Assembly (NCBI GenBank): GCA_964604905.1
Contig: CAZSCC010000566.1
Span: 682 to 64,681, forward strand
Source: an uncultured Planctomycetales bacterium
GTDB taxonomy: Bacteria > Planctomycetota > MHYJ01 > JACPRB01
DNA: 64,000 bases
Reading direction: 5' to 3'
In this document: one piece after another, positions 7,317 through 16,267 of the stretch
How the letters are laid out: the number at the start of each line of letters is the position of its first letter
Position numbering within the stretch: position 1 is the stretch's first letter
Position numbers and translations under genes: made by a program
Notes under the pieces: model-generated
Database searches by the model: none
Told to the model about the DNA's origin: nothing
The model's input: the letters and a program-made list of their open reading frames with translations, nothing else

Positions 7317-9050
7317 TCAATGGTTGTCCCGCGGCACGGCGGCCCCGCTCCGGCCCACCAGGAAATCGAGGTCGGCGCCGCGGTCGGCCTGGAGCACGTG
7401 GTCCACGTAGAGCTTGTAGTACCCGCGCGCGAGGTGCTTGGGTGGGCCCTTCCACTCCGCGCGTCGCCTCGAGAGCTCCGGGTCGCCCACCTCCAGGTGC
7501 AGTCGCCGCTTTTCGACGTCGAGCTCGATCAGGTCTCCGTTCCGGACGAGGGCGAGCGGCCCGCCGGCGGCCGCTTCGGGAGCGACGTGGAGCACGACCG
7601 TGCCGTAGGCCGTTCCGCTCATCCGCGCGTCCGAGATCCGGACCATGTCCTTGACTCCCCGCCGCAGCAGTTTCGGGGGGAGCGGCATGTTCCCGCACTC
7701 GGCCATGCCGGGATAACCCTTAGGCCCGCAGTTCTTGAGCACCATGACGCAGGTCTCGTCGATGTCGAGGCCCTCGTCGTCGATCCGGCCGTAGAAGTCG
7801 TCGATGTCCTCGAAGACGACCGCGCGGCCGCGGTGCTTGAGGAGCGCGGGGGTGGCCGCGCACGGCTTGATCACGGCGCCCGAGGGCGCCAGGTTCCCGC
7901 GGAGGACGGCGATGCCCGCCGTCGGCTTGAAGGGCTTCCCCCACGGGTGGATCACCTCGCGGTTCCAGCAGGGCGCCTCGCGGTTGTTCTCCCCGAGGGT
8001 CCGGCCGGTCACGGTGAGCGCGTCCGCGTGGAGCACGCCCGCCTCGACCAGTTCGCGCAGGACCGCGGGCAGCCCCCCGGCGTAGCAGAGGTCCTCCATC
8101 AGGTACTTGCCCGAGGGCTGGAGGTTCACGAGGCACGGGAGGCGGCTCCCGATCCGGTCGAAGTCCTCCAGCTCCAGCGCGACGTCGATCCGCCCGGCGA
8201 TCGCGAGCAGGTGGATCACGGCGTTTGTCGAGCCCCCGATCGCGGCGAGCGTCATGATCGCGTTCTCGAACGCCTCGCGGGTGAGGATCTTGGACATGAC
8301 GAGGTCCTCGCGGACCATGTCGACGATTCGCCGGCCCGCCATGCGCGCGAGAAGGTTCCGCCGCGAATCGACCGCGGGGATCGCCGCGTTTCCCGGCAGT
8401 CCCATGCCGAGCGCCTCGACCATCGACGCCATCGTCGAGGCCGTCCCCATCGTCATACAGTGGCCCTGCGAGCGGTGCATGCACGACTCGGCCTCGCAGA
8501 AGTCGGCGAGCGGCATCCGGCCGGCCCGCACCTCCTCGGACATCTGCCAGATGCCCGTGCCGGAGCCGAGATCCCCGCCCCGCCAGCGGCCTGAGAGCAT
8601 CGGCCCGCCCGAAAGTCCGATCGCGGGAATGTCGCAGCTCGCCGCGCCCATCAGGAGCGAGGGCGTCGTCTTGTCGCAGCCGAACATCAGGACGACGCCG
8701 TCCATCGGATTGGCGCGGATCGATTCCTCGACGTCCATGCTCGCGAGATTGCGGAAGAGCATCGCCGTAGGGCGGACGATCGACTCGCCGAGCGACATCA
8801 CGGGGAACTCGAGGGGGAACCCGCCTGCCTCGAGCACCCCATGCTTCACGTGCTCGACGAGGAGGCGGAAGTGCGAGTTGCAGGGCGTGAGCTCGGAGAA
8901 GGTATTGCAGATGCCGATCACGGGGCGGCCGTCGAACTGGTCGTGCGGGACCCCGCGGTTCTTGACCCAGGTGCGGTAGATGAACCCCTCGCGGCCGTCG
9001 CGGCCGAACCATTCGGCGGAGCGGTGCGTGCGCGCTCGATCTTCAGACAT
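7317..9050 (-). CDS. IlvD/Edd family dehydratase (dihydroxy-acid / sugar-acid dehydratase)
   Basis: Family motifs GICNTFSELTPCNSH, MFGCDKTTPS, SGGPM, TDARMSGTAYG. 577 aa. Confidence 0.9.
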   Translation of the reverse strand: MSEDRARTHRSAEWFGRDGREGFIYRTWVKNRGVPHDQFDGRPVIGICNTFSELTPCNSHFRLLVEHVKHGVLEAGGFPLEFPVMSLGESIVRPTAMLFRNLASMDVEESIRANPMDGVVLMFGCDKTTPSLLMGAASCDIPAIGLSGGPMLSGRWRGGDLGSGTGIWQMSEEVRAGRMPLADFCEAESCMHRSQGHCMTMGTASTMASMVEALGMGLPGNAAIPAVDSRRNLLARMAGRRIVDMVREDLVMSKILTREAFENAIMTLAAIGGSTNAVIHLLAIAGRIDVALELEDFDRIGSRLPCLVNLQPSGKYLMEDLCYAGGLPAVLRELVEAGVLHADALTVTGRTLGENNREAPCWNREVIHPWGKPFKPTAGIAVLRGNLAPSGAVIKPCAATPALLKHRGRAVVFEDIDDFYGRIDDEGLDIDETCVMVLKNCGPKGYPGMAECGNMPLPPKLLRRGVKDMVRISDARMSGTAYGTVVLHVAPEAAAGGPLALVRNGDLIELDVEKRRLHLEVGDPELSRRRAEWKGPPKHLARGYYKLYVDHVLQADRGADLDFLVGRSGAAVPRDNH

Positions 9051-9375
9051 GGCAGGCTCCGATCAGGGAGTCCACTATAGACGGATTCAGAGGGTCGCGG
9101 AAAGAGAATGTTCCCGGCCCTCCTCCGGAGCTAACACCCTCAAGCAACAGGCGGCGCAGGATACGGTCGAGCCCCGGGGGGCCCCTCCGGATTCCGCGGG
9201 GCGGGGGTCGTGGCCGGGCCGAGATTCCCCTTGAGGGCCCCCTGTCTCCGGGAGCGGGGAGAGCTCCCGATGATTTACAGTTATACAAAGATTATGTCTT
9301 TCATGCCCCGAGGGGGCGGAGAGGGCGGGATCGATAGGATATTAGGTAGAGGCGGGTTGTGGAGGTCAAGGGGCG

Positions 9376-12126
9376 ATGGGTAAAGAGATCGTCTACTGCT
9401 CGGAGTGCGGGAAGATCATCCGCGAGGCCGACTTCGCCGGGGGGAAGGCCGCCACCCATGAGTGGCGCCCCTACTGCGGGGCGTGCCGGCCGGTGGCGAC
9501 GCCTCCACCCCGCGCTCCCGTGAAGCCCGCGACCTTCCGGACGTCCGTCCCGCCGACCGCTCCCGCGGAACCGGGGGGCGACCGGCGCAAGAGGATCCTC
9601 TTCGGGGGCGGAGCCGCGGCGGCGGCCGCGATCGTCGTCGCCGTTCTCGTCCTGGCCCTTTCGGGCAGGAAGGACGAAGCGCCCCCGGCCCCGGCGCCCG
9701 ATCTCGCGGCCCAGGTCTACAAGGATTTGGAGGGCTACGCCGCTTCGTCCACGGACGCCGAAGGCATCCTGCGCCGCTGCGGCGAGTCGCGCGCGACGCT
9801 CGCGGGCACGGCCCACGAGCGAGGCCTGCGGCGAATCGAGGAACAGGCCCTCAGGATGAAGGAGGCGAAGGAGCGCGAGGCGAAGCTCAATGCGCTCCTC
9901 GAGACGGCGCGCAAGATGCAGGAAGGCGACCCGAAGTTCCAGCGGCAGGACGGGGTCCGCGCTCTGTATGACAGCGCGCTCGAAGTGGCCGGGCCGCGCG
10001 CGGAGGAGATCGGGGAGCTCAAGGCCAGATACGAGAGGAAGGCGAAGGAGGCGGCAGTCGCCGCGCTCCCGAAGGAACAGGCCCCGGCGCCCGCGCCGGC
10101 CGCGGAGATCCCGAACCGGCCCCCGCAGGTGTCCATTACCCGCCCACTCGAAGGCGCGACGTTCAGCTCGCCGGCCGAGGTCGCGATCGTCGCGGACGCA
10201 TCCGACCCGGACGGCAAGGTCGCCCGCGTGGAGTTCTTCCTGGAGGTCGTGAAGCTGGGCGAGGCGAGCTCCGCGCCCTTCTCCATCACGAAGGCCATCG
10301 GCCAGGCCGGCAGCTACGTCCTGACGGCGAAGGCGATCGATGACGCCGGGGCGGAGACGACGTCCGGCCCGGTGACGATCGTCGTGACCCGGGATCTGAA
10401 GCGGGGCCCGTTCAAAGGCGTGGCGGCCTCCGTGCCGGGCACGATCGAGGTCGAGGACTTCGACGAAGGCGGCGAAGGGATCGCCTATCACGTCCTGGGT
10501 CCGACCCCGAAGGAGAGCCCCTATCGGGCCGGCGGCGTGGCCCTGTCGCCCTCGGGCGACGGAGGACTGTGCGTGGTCTCGATGAAGGCGGGCGAGTGGC
10601 TGGAATACACGATCGAGGTCCCGTCCTCCGGGACCTACACGGTCGAGGTCCAGGCGGCCTCGAAAGGGCCCGGCGGGACCTTCCACGTCGAGTTCGGGAA
10701 GGCGGACAAGACGGGGCCGCTGCTGATCCTCGACACGGGCGGTGATCTCTTGTGGAAACCCGTGACAAGGCCCGGGTTCGTCCTCGAGCTCGGCCAACAG
10801 GTCATGCGCCTCGTGATGGACAAGGACGGCCCGTCGAAGGCGGTGGGCTCTTTCAACAGCATCAAGATCGAGAAGGATGCGTCCTCCCCGGAAACCGCCA
10901 AGCCCGCGCTTGCGCCGCCCAAACCCGTCGCCAAGAAGCCGGCCAAGCCCGATCCGTTCCTCCTCAAGGTGGACGAGGCGATCAAGAAGGGGACGGAGTA
11001 CCTCAAGGCCCAGCCGAACATCCACCCGCAGTACAAAGAGCTGGTGATGCTCACGTTCCTCCACGCGGGGGTGCCGGAGAAGGACTCCCGGTTCCAGGAC
11101 CTGCTCAAGCAGTCGCTGGCCTTCACCAACGACGGCTACAGCGCCCGGACCTACAACATCTCGCTTCTCGCGATGGCCCTCGAGGAAATGGACCGCGTGA
11201 CCTACCAGCACGACCTCTACAAGTGCGCGCAGTTCCTGGTCGACAACGAGGCCGCGAACGGCCAGTGGGGCTACGGGTCGCACACGACCTACCTGGACAA
11301 GGTCCCCACGACGTCCGCCAAGAACGTCGCCACGCCCTCGAAGAGCAAGGCGTCGTCGTCGAAGACCCCGCAGGATCCGTACGCACTCTGGACTCCGCGC
11401 GTGAAGCCGCCCCTCCGGTTCAACGTCAAGGTGAAGCCGCAGCGGACCGGGCCCGACCACGGCGACAACTCGAACTCGCAGTACGCCGCCCTCGGCCTGC
11501 GCGCGTGTCATGACGGCGGCATCGTCTTTCCGAGGGAGCTCGTCGAGCGGGCGCGCAAGTGGTGGGTGGATGGCCAGCAGCCGGACGACGCGAAGAAAAA
11601 CAAGCCCGACGTGCCCACGGGGGCCGCGATCGGAGAGCCCCGGGGCTGGGGCTATCTCTCGGACGGGAAGGTGCCGTCGGCGGGCTATTACCACCCTACG
11701 GGCTCGATGACCGCCGGCGCCATCGGCGGCGTGTGCATCTACGACTACATGCTGGGCTTCAACTGGAAGGGCGATCCCTCGGTCCGCGACGGCATGGCGT
11801 GGCTCTCGGAGCACTTCGCGGTGACGGGGAACCCGCTGGAGGAGAAGGGGAAGGCGGGGCCGGACTGGCACTACTACTACCTCTACGCGATCGAGCGCGT
11901 CGGCATGCTCTACGGCACGGCCCAGATCGGGCGCCACGACTGGTACGGCGAAGGCGCCAAGCACCTGCTCGAGAAGCAGCTCGCCGACGGATCCTGGAAC
12001 GGGAGCAAGTACCACGGCAGCCCGGCCCCCGTCCTCGACACCTGCTACGCGATCCTCTTCCTCCGGCGCGTGACACGGCCGCTCGAGGACGTGGCGTCCG
12101 TCGACCCCTTCAAGAGCAAGAGGTAG
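9376..12126 (+). CDS. large multidomain membrane-anchored protein (Zn-ribbon, TM, coiled coil, Ig-like, CBM6-like, prenyltransferase/terpenoid-cyclase-like repeats)
   Basis: CSECG...CGAC at the N-terminus. TM segment AAAAAAIVVAVLVLAL. Ig-like segment PPQVSITRPLEGATF...VARVEFF. CBM6-like GTIEVEDFDEGGEGIAYH...GEWLEYTIEV. C-terminal NGQWGYG / DGSWNG repeats. Confidence 0.8.
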   Translation: MGKEIVYCSECGKIIREADFAGGKAATHEWRPYCGACRPVATPPPRAPVKPATFRTSVPPTAPAEPGGDRRKRILFGGGAAAAAAIVVAVLVLALSGRKDEAPPAPAPDLAAQVYKDLEGYAASSTDAEGILRRCGESRATLAGTAHERGLRRIEEQALRMKEAKEREAKLNALLETARKMQEGDPKFQRQDGVRALYDSALEVAGPRAEEIGELKARYERKAKEAAVAALPKEQAPAPAPAAEIPNRPPQVSITRPLEGATFSSPAEVAIVADASDPDGKVARVEFFLEVVKLGEASSAPFSITKAIGQAGSYVLTAKAIDDAGAETTSGPVTIVVTRDLKRGPFKGVAASVPGTIEVEDFDEGGEGIAYHVLGPTPKESPYRAGGVALSPSGDGGLCVVSMKAGEWLEYTIEVPSSGTYTVEVQAASKGPGGTFHVEFGKADKTGPLLILDTGGDLLWKPVTRPGFVLELGQQVMRLVMDKDGPSKAVGSFNSIKIEKDASSPETAKPALAPPKPVAKKPAKPDPFLLKVDEAIKKGTEYLKAQPNIHPQYKELVMLTFLHAGVPEKDSRFQDLLKQSLAFTNDGYSARTYNISLLAMALEEMDRVTYQHDLYKCAQFLVDNEAANGQWGYGSHTTYLDKVPTTSAKNVATPSKSKASSSKTPQDPYALWTPRVKPPLRFNVKVKPQRTGPDHGDNSNSQYAALGLRACHDGGIVFPRELVERARKWWVDGQQPDDAKKNKPDVPTGAAIGEPRGWGYLSDGKVPSAGYYHPTGSMTAGAIGGVCIYDYMLGFNWKGDPSVRDGMAWLSEHFAVTGNPLEEKGKAGPDWHYYYLYAIERVGMLYGTAQIGRHDWYGEGAKHLLEKQLADGSWNGSKYHGSPAPVLDTCYAILFLRRVTRPLEDVASVDPFKSKR

Positions 12127-12157
12127 CGACTGAAATGGATCGGCGAGGAGGGTCAAG

Positions 12158-13465
12158 ATGAAGGGTTTCACCGTTCTGATCCTTTCCGGGGCGGCCGTCC
12201 TGGGGAGCCCCTTGGCGCTTGGCGCGGACGAGCCCCGGCCGATCCCGCCGGACCGGTTCGACACGCTGCACCAGATGATCAAGCCGCAGCCGGGCGAGCA
12301 ACGCTTCTGGAAGATTCCGTGGAAGCTCAGCATCACGGAAGCCCGGGAGGAGGCGGCGAAGGAGGGGAAGCCGATCTTCGTCTGGGCGGGCGCGGGCGGC
12401 GCCCCGATCGGGGTCTGCTGAGCGGCGGCCTCCGCCGGCCGTGCGCCGGCCATCTGGACCGAAGAGGTCGTCCAGCTGCTCAAGGATAAGTTCGTCTGCG
12501 TGGCCCTCGACGCCCGTAAGGAGCGCGGCGAGTACAAGGATGCCGACGGCGATTTCGTCCGCGCCACCGCGTGTGTCACGGTCACGGCCTCCGGTTCGGT
12601 GTGCGTGGTGACCGCGGGCGCCAGGGCGCTCGGGCCGTACAGCGGTCCCGGACAGGGCATGGACAAGTGGCTGCAGGCCAAGCTCAAGGCCTGGAACGAG
12701 CTTCCGGAGTCCGAGCGCGCCCCCGGCGCCGTGACCGTGCCCAAGCCGGAGTCCGTCGATCCGAAGCGCGCCGCCCTGGCGCTGCCGCCGGGAGCGCTGG
12801 TCGTGCGGGTCTTCAACCGGCACCTCGGCTGGGACAAGGACGGGTCGCTGCGCTTCGTCGTTGCGGAAGACTACCTGCCCGGCGCGAGCAAGACGGAGGT
12901 CGAGCGTTTCGCCATGGCCCAGAACGATTTCATGTGGATCCCCGAAAGGGAATGGCAGGGACTGCTGCCTTCGGAGCCGAAGAAAGGCGAAAGCCGGCCC
13001 GTCCCCGTGTCCTTCGCCCTGCGGCTCTTCAGGTCCCATCTCGACCCGGCGCGGGGCTTCACCGAGGGGGCGAACTTCTCCGATTCCTCTTCCGACGCCG
13101 GCCGGCTGGCCCTGACGGTCCGCGACGTCACGGCGGACAAGCTGCAGCTGATGCTGGAGGGGAAGGCCGACCTCAAGCAACCCGGAAGGGACGAGCCGTC
13201 GACCTACCAGCCGGCCATCCTGGGCTGCCTGGAGTACGATCGAAACAAGAAGGCCTTCACCCGTTTCGACCTGCTGGCGCTGGGGAGCGCCTCCGGACTG
13301 CCGCGCGACGCCAACGGACGGATCGCGTTCCGCCAGGGGGCGTACCCGGTCGGCATCGCCTTCGAGTTGGTCGCCACCCCCACGTCGGCCGAACGGCTCC
13401 ATCCGCGGGGCGCCCGCGACAACCCGGCCGCCTACTTGGAACCGAAGGAAAAGGGAAAGCCATGA
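12158..13465 (+). CDS. secreted thioredoxin-fold protein with in-frame TGA (12419..12421): candidate selenoprotein (CU motif) fused to a C-terminal domain of unknown function
   Basis: Track ORFs 12158..12421 and 12500..13465 are in the same frame, and there is no other stop in 12422..12499. The TGA falls where the thioredoxin CxxC would sit (KPIFVWAGAGGAPIGVC-U-AAAS...IWTEEVVQLLKDKFVCVALD). A GC hairpin at 12434..12450 lies 13 nt downstream. Confidence 0.55.
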
Positions 13466-13613
13466 TGAGGGGGCCGGAGGCGGTTTCGTCGTACGCTTCG
13501 TACTGAAGCCCGTCGAGCGTCTCTGGACCTGAAGAGGGACCCGACTGCCCCTTCCGACTCGCGCCGTTTCCGAGGCGCTGGACTTTTCGTCCGCGGAGAA
13601 GTCTACTTGGGGC

Positions 13614-14969
13614 ATGCGGGCCGGCACGATCCTTCTGATGGGCCTGGCGGCCCTCGGCTGCCAGAAGCCCGCCCCCGATTCCCCCGAATCGAAGGCGCCG
13701 GACCCGGAGGTGACCGACGGCGCGGAGGCCTTCTGGCCCCACTGGCGCGGGCCGACGGGAAACGGCGTGGCGCCGAAGGCCGATCCGCCGGTCAACTGGG
13801 GCGAGGACAAGAACGTCCGGTGGAAGCTCGCGCTGCCGGGGCTGGGGCACTCGACGCCGATCGTGTGGCGCGACCGGGTCTTCGTAACGGCGGCCCTCTC
13901 CACGGGCGATCCCCTCCCGCCCCCCGCCGGGCACCGCGACGGCGAGCACGACAACCTCGAGTCCGTGCAGCGCCAGAAGTTCATGGTCATCGCGATCAAC
14001 CGCGGAGACGGGACGATCGCCTGGCAGCGCACGGTGCACGAGGGCGTCCCGCACGAGACCCGCCATCAGACCGGGAGCTTCGCCTCGCATTCCCCGGTGA
14101 CCGACGGCGAGCGGGTGTACGCCTCCTTCGGCTCGAGCGGCCTCTACTGCCTGGATTGGGACGGCCGTCCGCTGTGGCAGAAGGACTTCGGCCGGATGCA
14201 CTCGCTGCACGCGCACGGCGAGGGCAGCTCTCCCGCGCTGCACGGCGAGACGCTGATCGTCAACTGGGATCACGAGGGCGCGTCGTTCCTGGTCGCGCTG
14301 GACAAGCGGACCGGCCGGGAGCGGTGGAAGACGGCGAGGGAGGAGATCACCTCCTGGTCGACTCCGCTCGTCGTGGACCATCACGGCCGGCCGCAGGTGA
14401 TCGTGAGCGCGACGAAGCGGATCCGCGGATACGACCTCAGCACCGGCCGGGTCCTCTGGGAATGCGGCGGCCTGTCGCAGAACGTCGTCGCCTCGCCGGT
14501 GGCGGGCGACGGGATCGTGATCGCGGGCAGCAGCTACGAGAAGCGGGCGATGCTGGCGATCCGGCTCGAGGGCGCTCAGGGCGATCTCACGGGCACGGAC
14601 CGCGTGATCTGGACCCGGGACCGGAACACCCCGTACGTCCCGTCGCCGTTGCTCTACGAGGGCAAGCTCTACTTCTTCAGCCACTACCAGGGGATCCTGT
14701 TCTGCCTGGACGCGAAGACCGGGGTTCCGCATTTCGGTCCCGCCCGTCTGCCCGAGGTCACCGATTTCTACGCCTCGCCCCTGGGCGCCGCCGGTCGGGT
14801 CTACGTGATCTCCCGGGAAGGCGTGACCCTGGTCCTCAAGCACGGCCCCGCGCTGGAGATCCTCGCCACGAACCGCCTCGACGACCGCTTCAGCGCGTCG
14901 CCGGTCGCGGTCGGAGGCCAGCTCTTTCTCCGCGGCGAGCGCCGCCTCTACTGCATTTCGCGCGAGTAG
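13614..14969 (+). CDS. PQQ-like beta-propeller repeat lipoprotein (BamB-like fold)
   Basis: Lipobox LAALGC. WPHWRGPTGNG start and repeated propeller blades typical of the PQQ_2 repeat family. Confidence 0.85.
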   Translation: MRAGTILLMGLAALGCQKPAPDSPESKAPDPEVTDGAEAFWPHWRGPTGNGVAPKADPPVNWGEDKNVRWKLALPGLGHSTPIVWRDRVFVTAALSTGDPLPPPAGHRDGEHDNLESVQRQKFMVIAINRGDGTIAWQRTVHEGVPHETRHQTGSFASHSPVTDGERVYASFGSSGLYCLDWDGRPLWQKDFGRMHSLHAHGEGSSPALHGETLIVNWDHEGASFLVALDKRTGRERWKTAREEITSWSTPLVVDHHGRPQVIVSATKRIRGYDLSTGRVLWECGGLSQNVVASPVAGDGIVIAGSSYEKRAMLAIRLEGAQGDLTGTDRVIWTRDRNTPYVPSPLLYEGKLYFFSHYQGILFCLDAKTGVPHFGPARLPEVTDFYASPLGAAGRVYVISREGVTLVLKHGPALEILATNRLDDRFSASPVAVGGQLFLRGERRLYCISRE

Positions 14970-15017
14970 GACGCCACAAGGTCGGGAGGCGTCCGTCAAT
15001 CCAGCAGGGGGATTCTC

Positions 15018-16247
15018 ATGGACATCGCTCGAACGGCCGTCTGGCTCCTGGCTCTTTCCGCGTCCGTTCAAGGGCAGGCGGACGAGGGCCGGGATGGGCC
15101 GCTGAAGGGGCTGCCGAGCGCCGCGGGTCCCCATGCGACCGCGATCCGCGACCTGGCCGACAACCGCTGGGTCGATCTCGGGGCGCCGGCGCCCGACCCG
15201 AAGTGGGGCCGCGCGCCCGGCCGGAGTTGGTGCTGCACGATGCCCTTCGCCCCCGGGGCGCGCGGCGCCTTTCTCTACGGAGAGGGGCAGCACGGGTACG
15301 TCAAGCCCGGCGGCCGGTACATGGACGACTGCTGGTTCTACGACCTCAACGCCCACCGGTGGATCTGCGTCTATCCGGGGACGGACGTGAAAAACCCGGG
15401 GCTCAAGCCCGACGCCGACGGTTTTCCCGTCGACGCGGACGGCCGGCGGACGCCGGTCTCGCTCTGCGTCCACGCGTACGATCTCCTGACCTACGACAGC
15501 GACCTCCACAAGCTCATGATCATGGGGACGCACGAATACCATTTCGCGCCCAAGGCGATCAAGGAGCTTCTTCTCCCGACCGGCAAGGTCCCTCCGAGCA
15601 GTCCGTGGTCCTATGACCTCGGGAAGGGGAAATGGGAGGTGCGCGCGGTCGACGGTCCGTCGCCCGAGAAAGCGGAGGGGACCCTGCTCTACATCCCGGG
15701 AATGAAGAAGGCCTTCTACCGGTCGGGCAAGAGCGAGTTCGTGTGGTTCTACGATCCCGCGACGAACGCCTGGACGCGGGTGACGCCGAAGGGGCCGCGG
15801 CCGCCGTTCGGGATCGACCCGACCTCCTGCCTCGACCCCAAGCGCGGGCGGATCTACATCGGCGGGGGAAGCTACCCGTCCGTCGAGGAGGGGAAGAACG
15901 CCCTCTGGATCTACGACCTCAAGAACGACGCGTGGATCGACCCGCAGCCGAAGGGCACGCCGCTCAGCCATTTCGCGACGACCTACGCCGTGATGCGGTA
16001 CGACCCGGTGGCGGACGTCGTGCTCGTGTCCGCGCACGCGGAGAAGAAGCGGGGGATCCACGTCTACGACCCCTCGGCCAACGCGTGGAAGGAGGAGACC
16101 CTCCCGTTCCCGGAGGGTTTCCCGAAGAAGAGCGTCAACGGCTTCTACGATCCCGAGTGGAACGTGCACGTCTTCCACGTCGCGGGGGACAGCCGGGACG
16201 ACGGCCGGGTCTGGGCGTACCGATACCGCCGCGCGGGGCCGCGCTAG
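15018..16247 (+). CDS. secreted Kelch-like beta-propeller protein
   Basis: Signal peptide. Repeated blades of the form ...W..., e.g. NRWVDLG, HRWICVYPG, NAWTRVTP, DAWIDPQP, NAWKEETL. Confidence 0.7.
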   Translation: MDIARTAVWLLALSASVQGQADEGRDGPLKGLPSAAGPHATAIRDLADNRWVDLGAPAPDPKWGRAPGRSWCCTMPFAPGARGAFLYGEGQHGYVKPGGRYMDDCWFYDLNAHRWICVYPGTDVKNPGLKPDADGFPVDADGRRTPVSLCVHAYDLLTYDSDLHKLMIMGTHEYHFAPKAIKELLLPTGKVPPSSPWSYDLGKGKWEVRAVDGPSPEKAEGTLLYIPGMKKAFYRSGKSEFVWFYDPATNAWTRVTPKGPRPPFGIDPTSCLDPKRGRIYIGGGSYPSVEEGKNALWIYDLKNDAWIDPQPKGTPLSHFATTYAVMRYDPVADVVLVSAHAEKKRGIHVYDPSANAWKEETLPFPEGFPKKSVNGFYDPEWNVHVFHVAGDSRDDGRVWAYRYRRAGPR

Positions 16248-16267
16248 GAGGCGAAGCCCGGCTTTCA

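Noticed and set aside
9301-12837. 1178-aa minus-strand ORF
   Set aside because: It is antisense to the multidomain gene 9376..12126 and to the thioredoxin-like gene. Its composition is low-complexity R/G/P/A, so it is a GC-driven artefact.
15632-16267. 5-prime extension of the PSCyt/DUF1553 ORF given in the track
   Set aside because: It fully overlaps the Kelch-like gene in another frame. The signal peptide and the CxxCH domain begin only after the ATG at 16268/16307.
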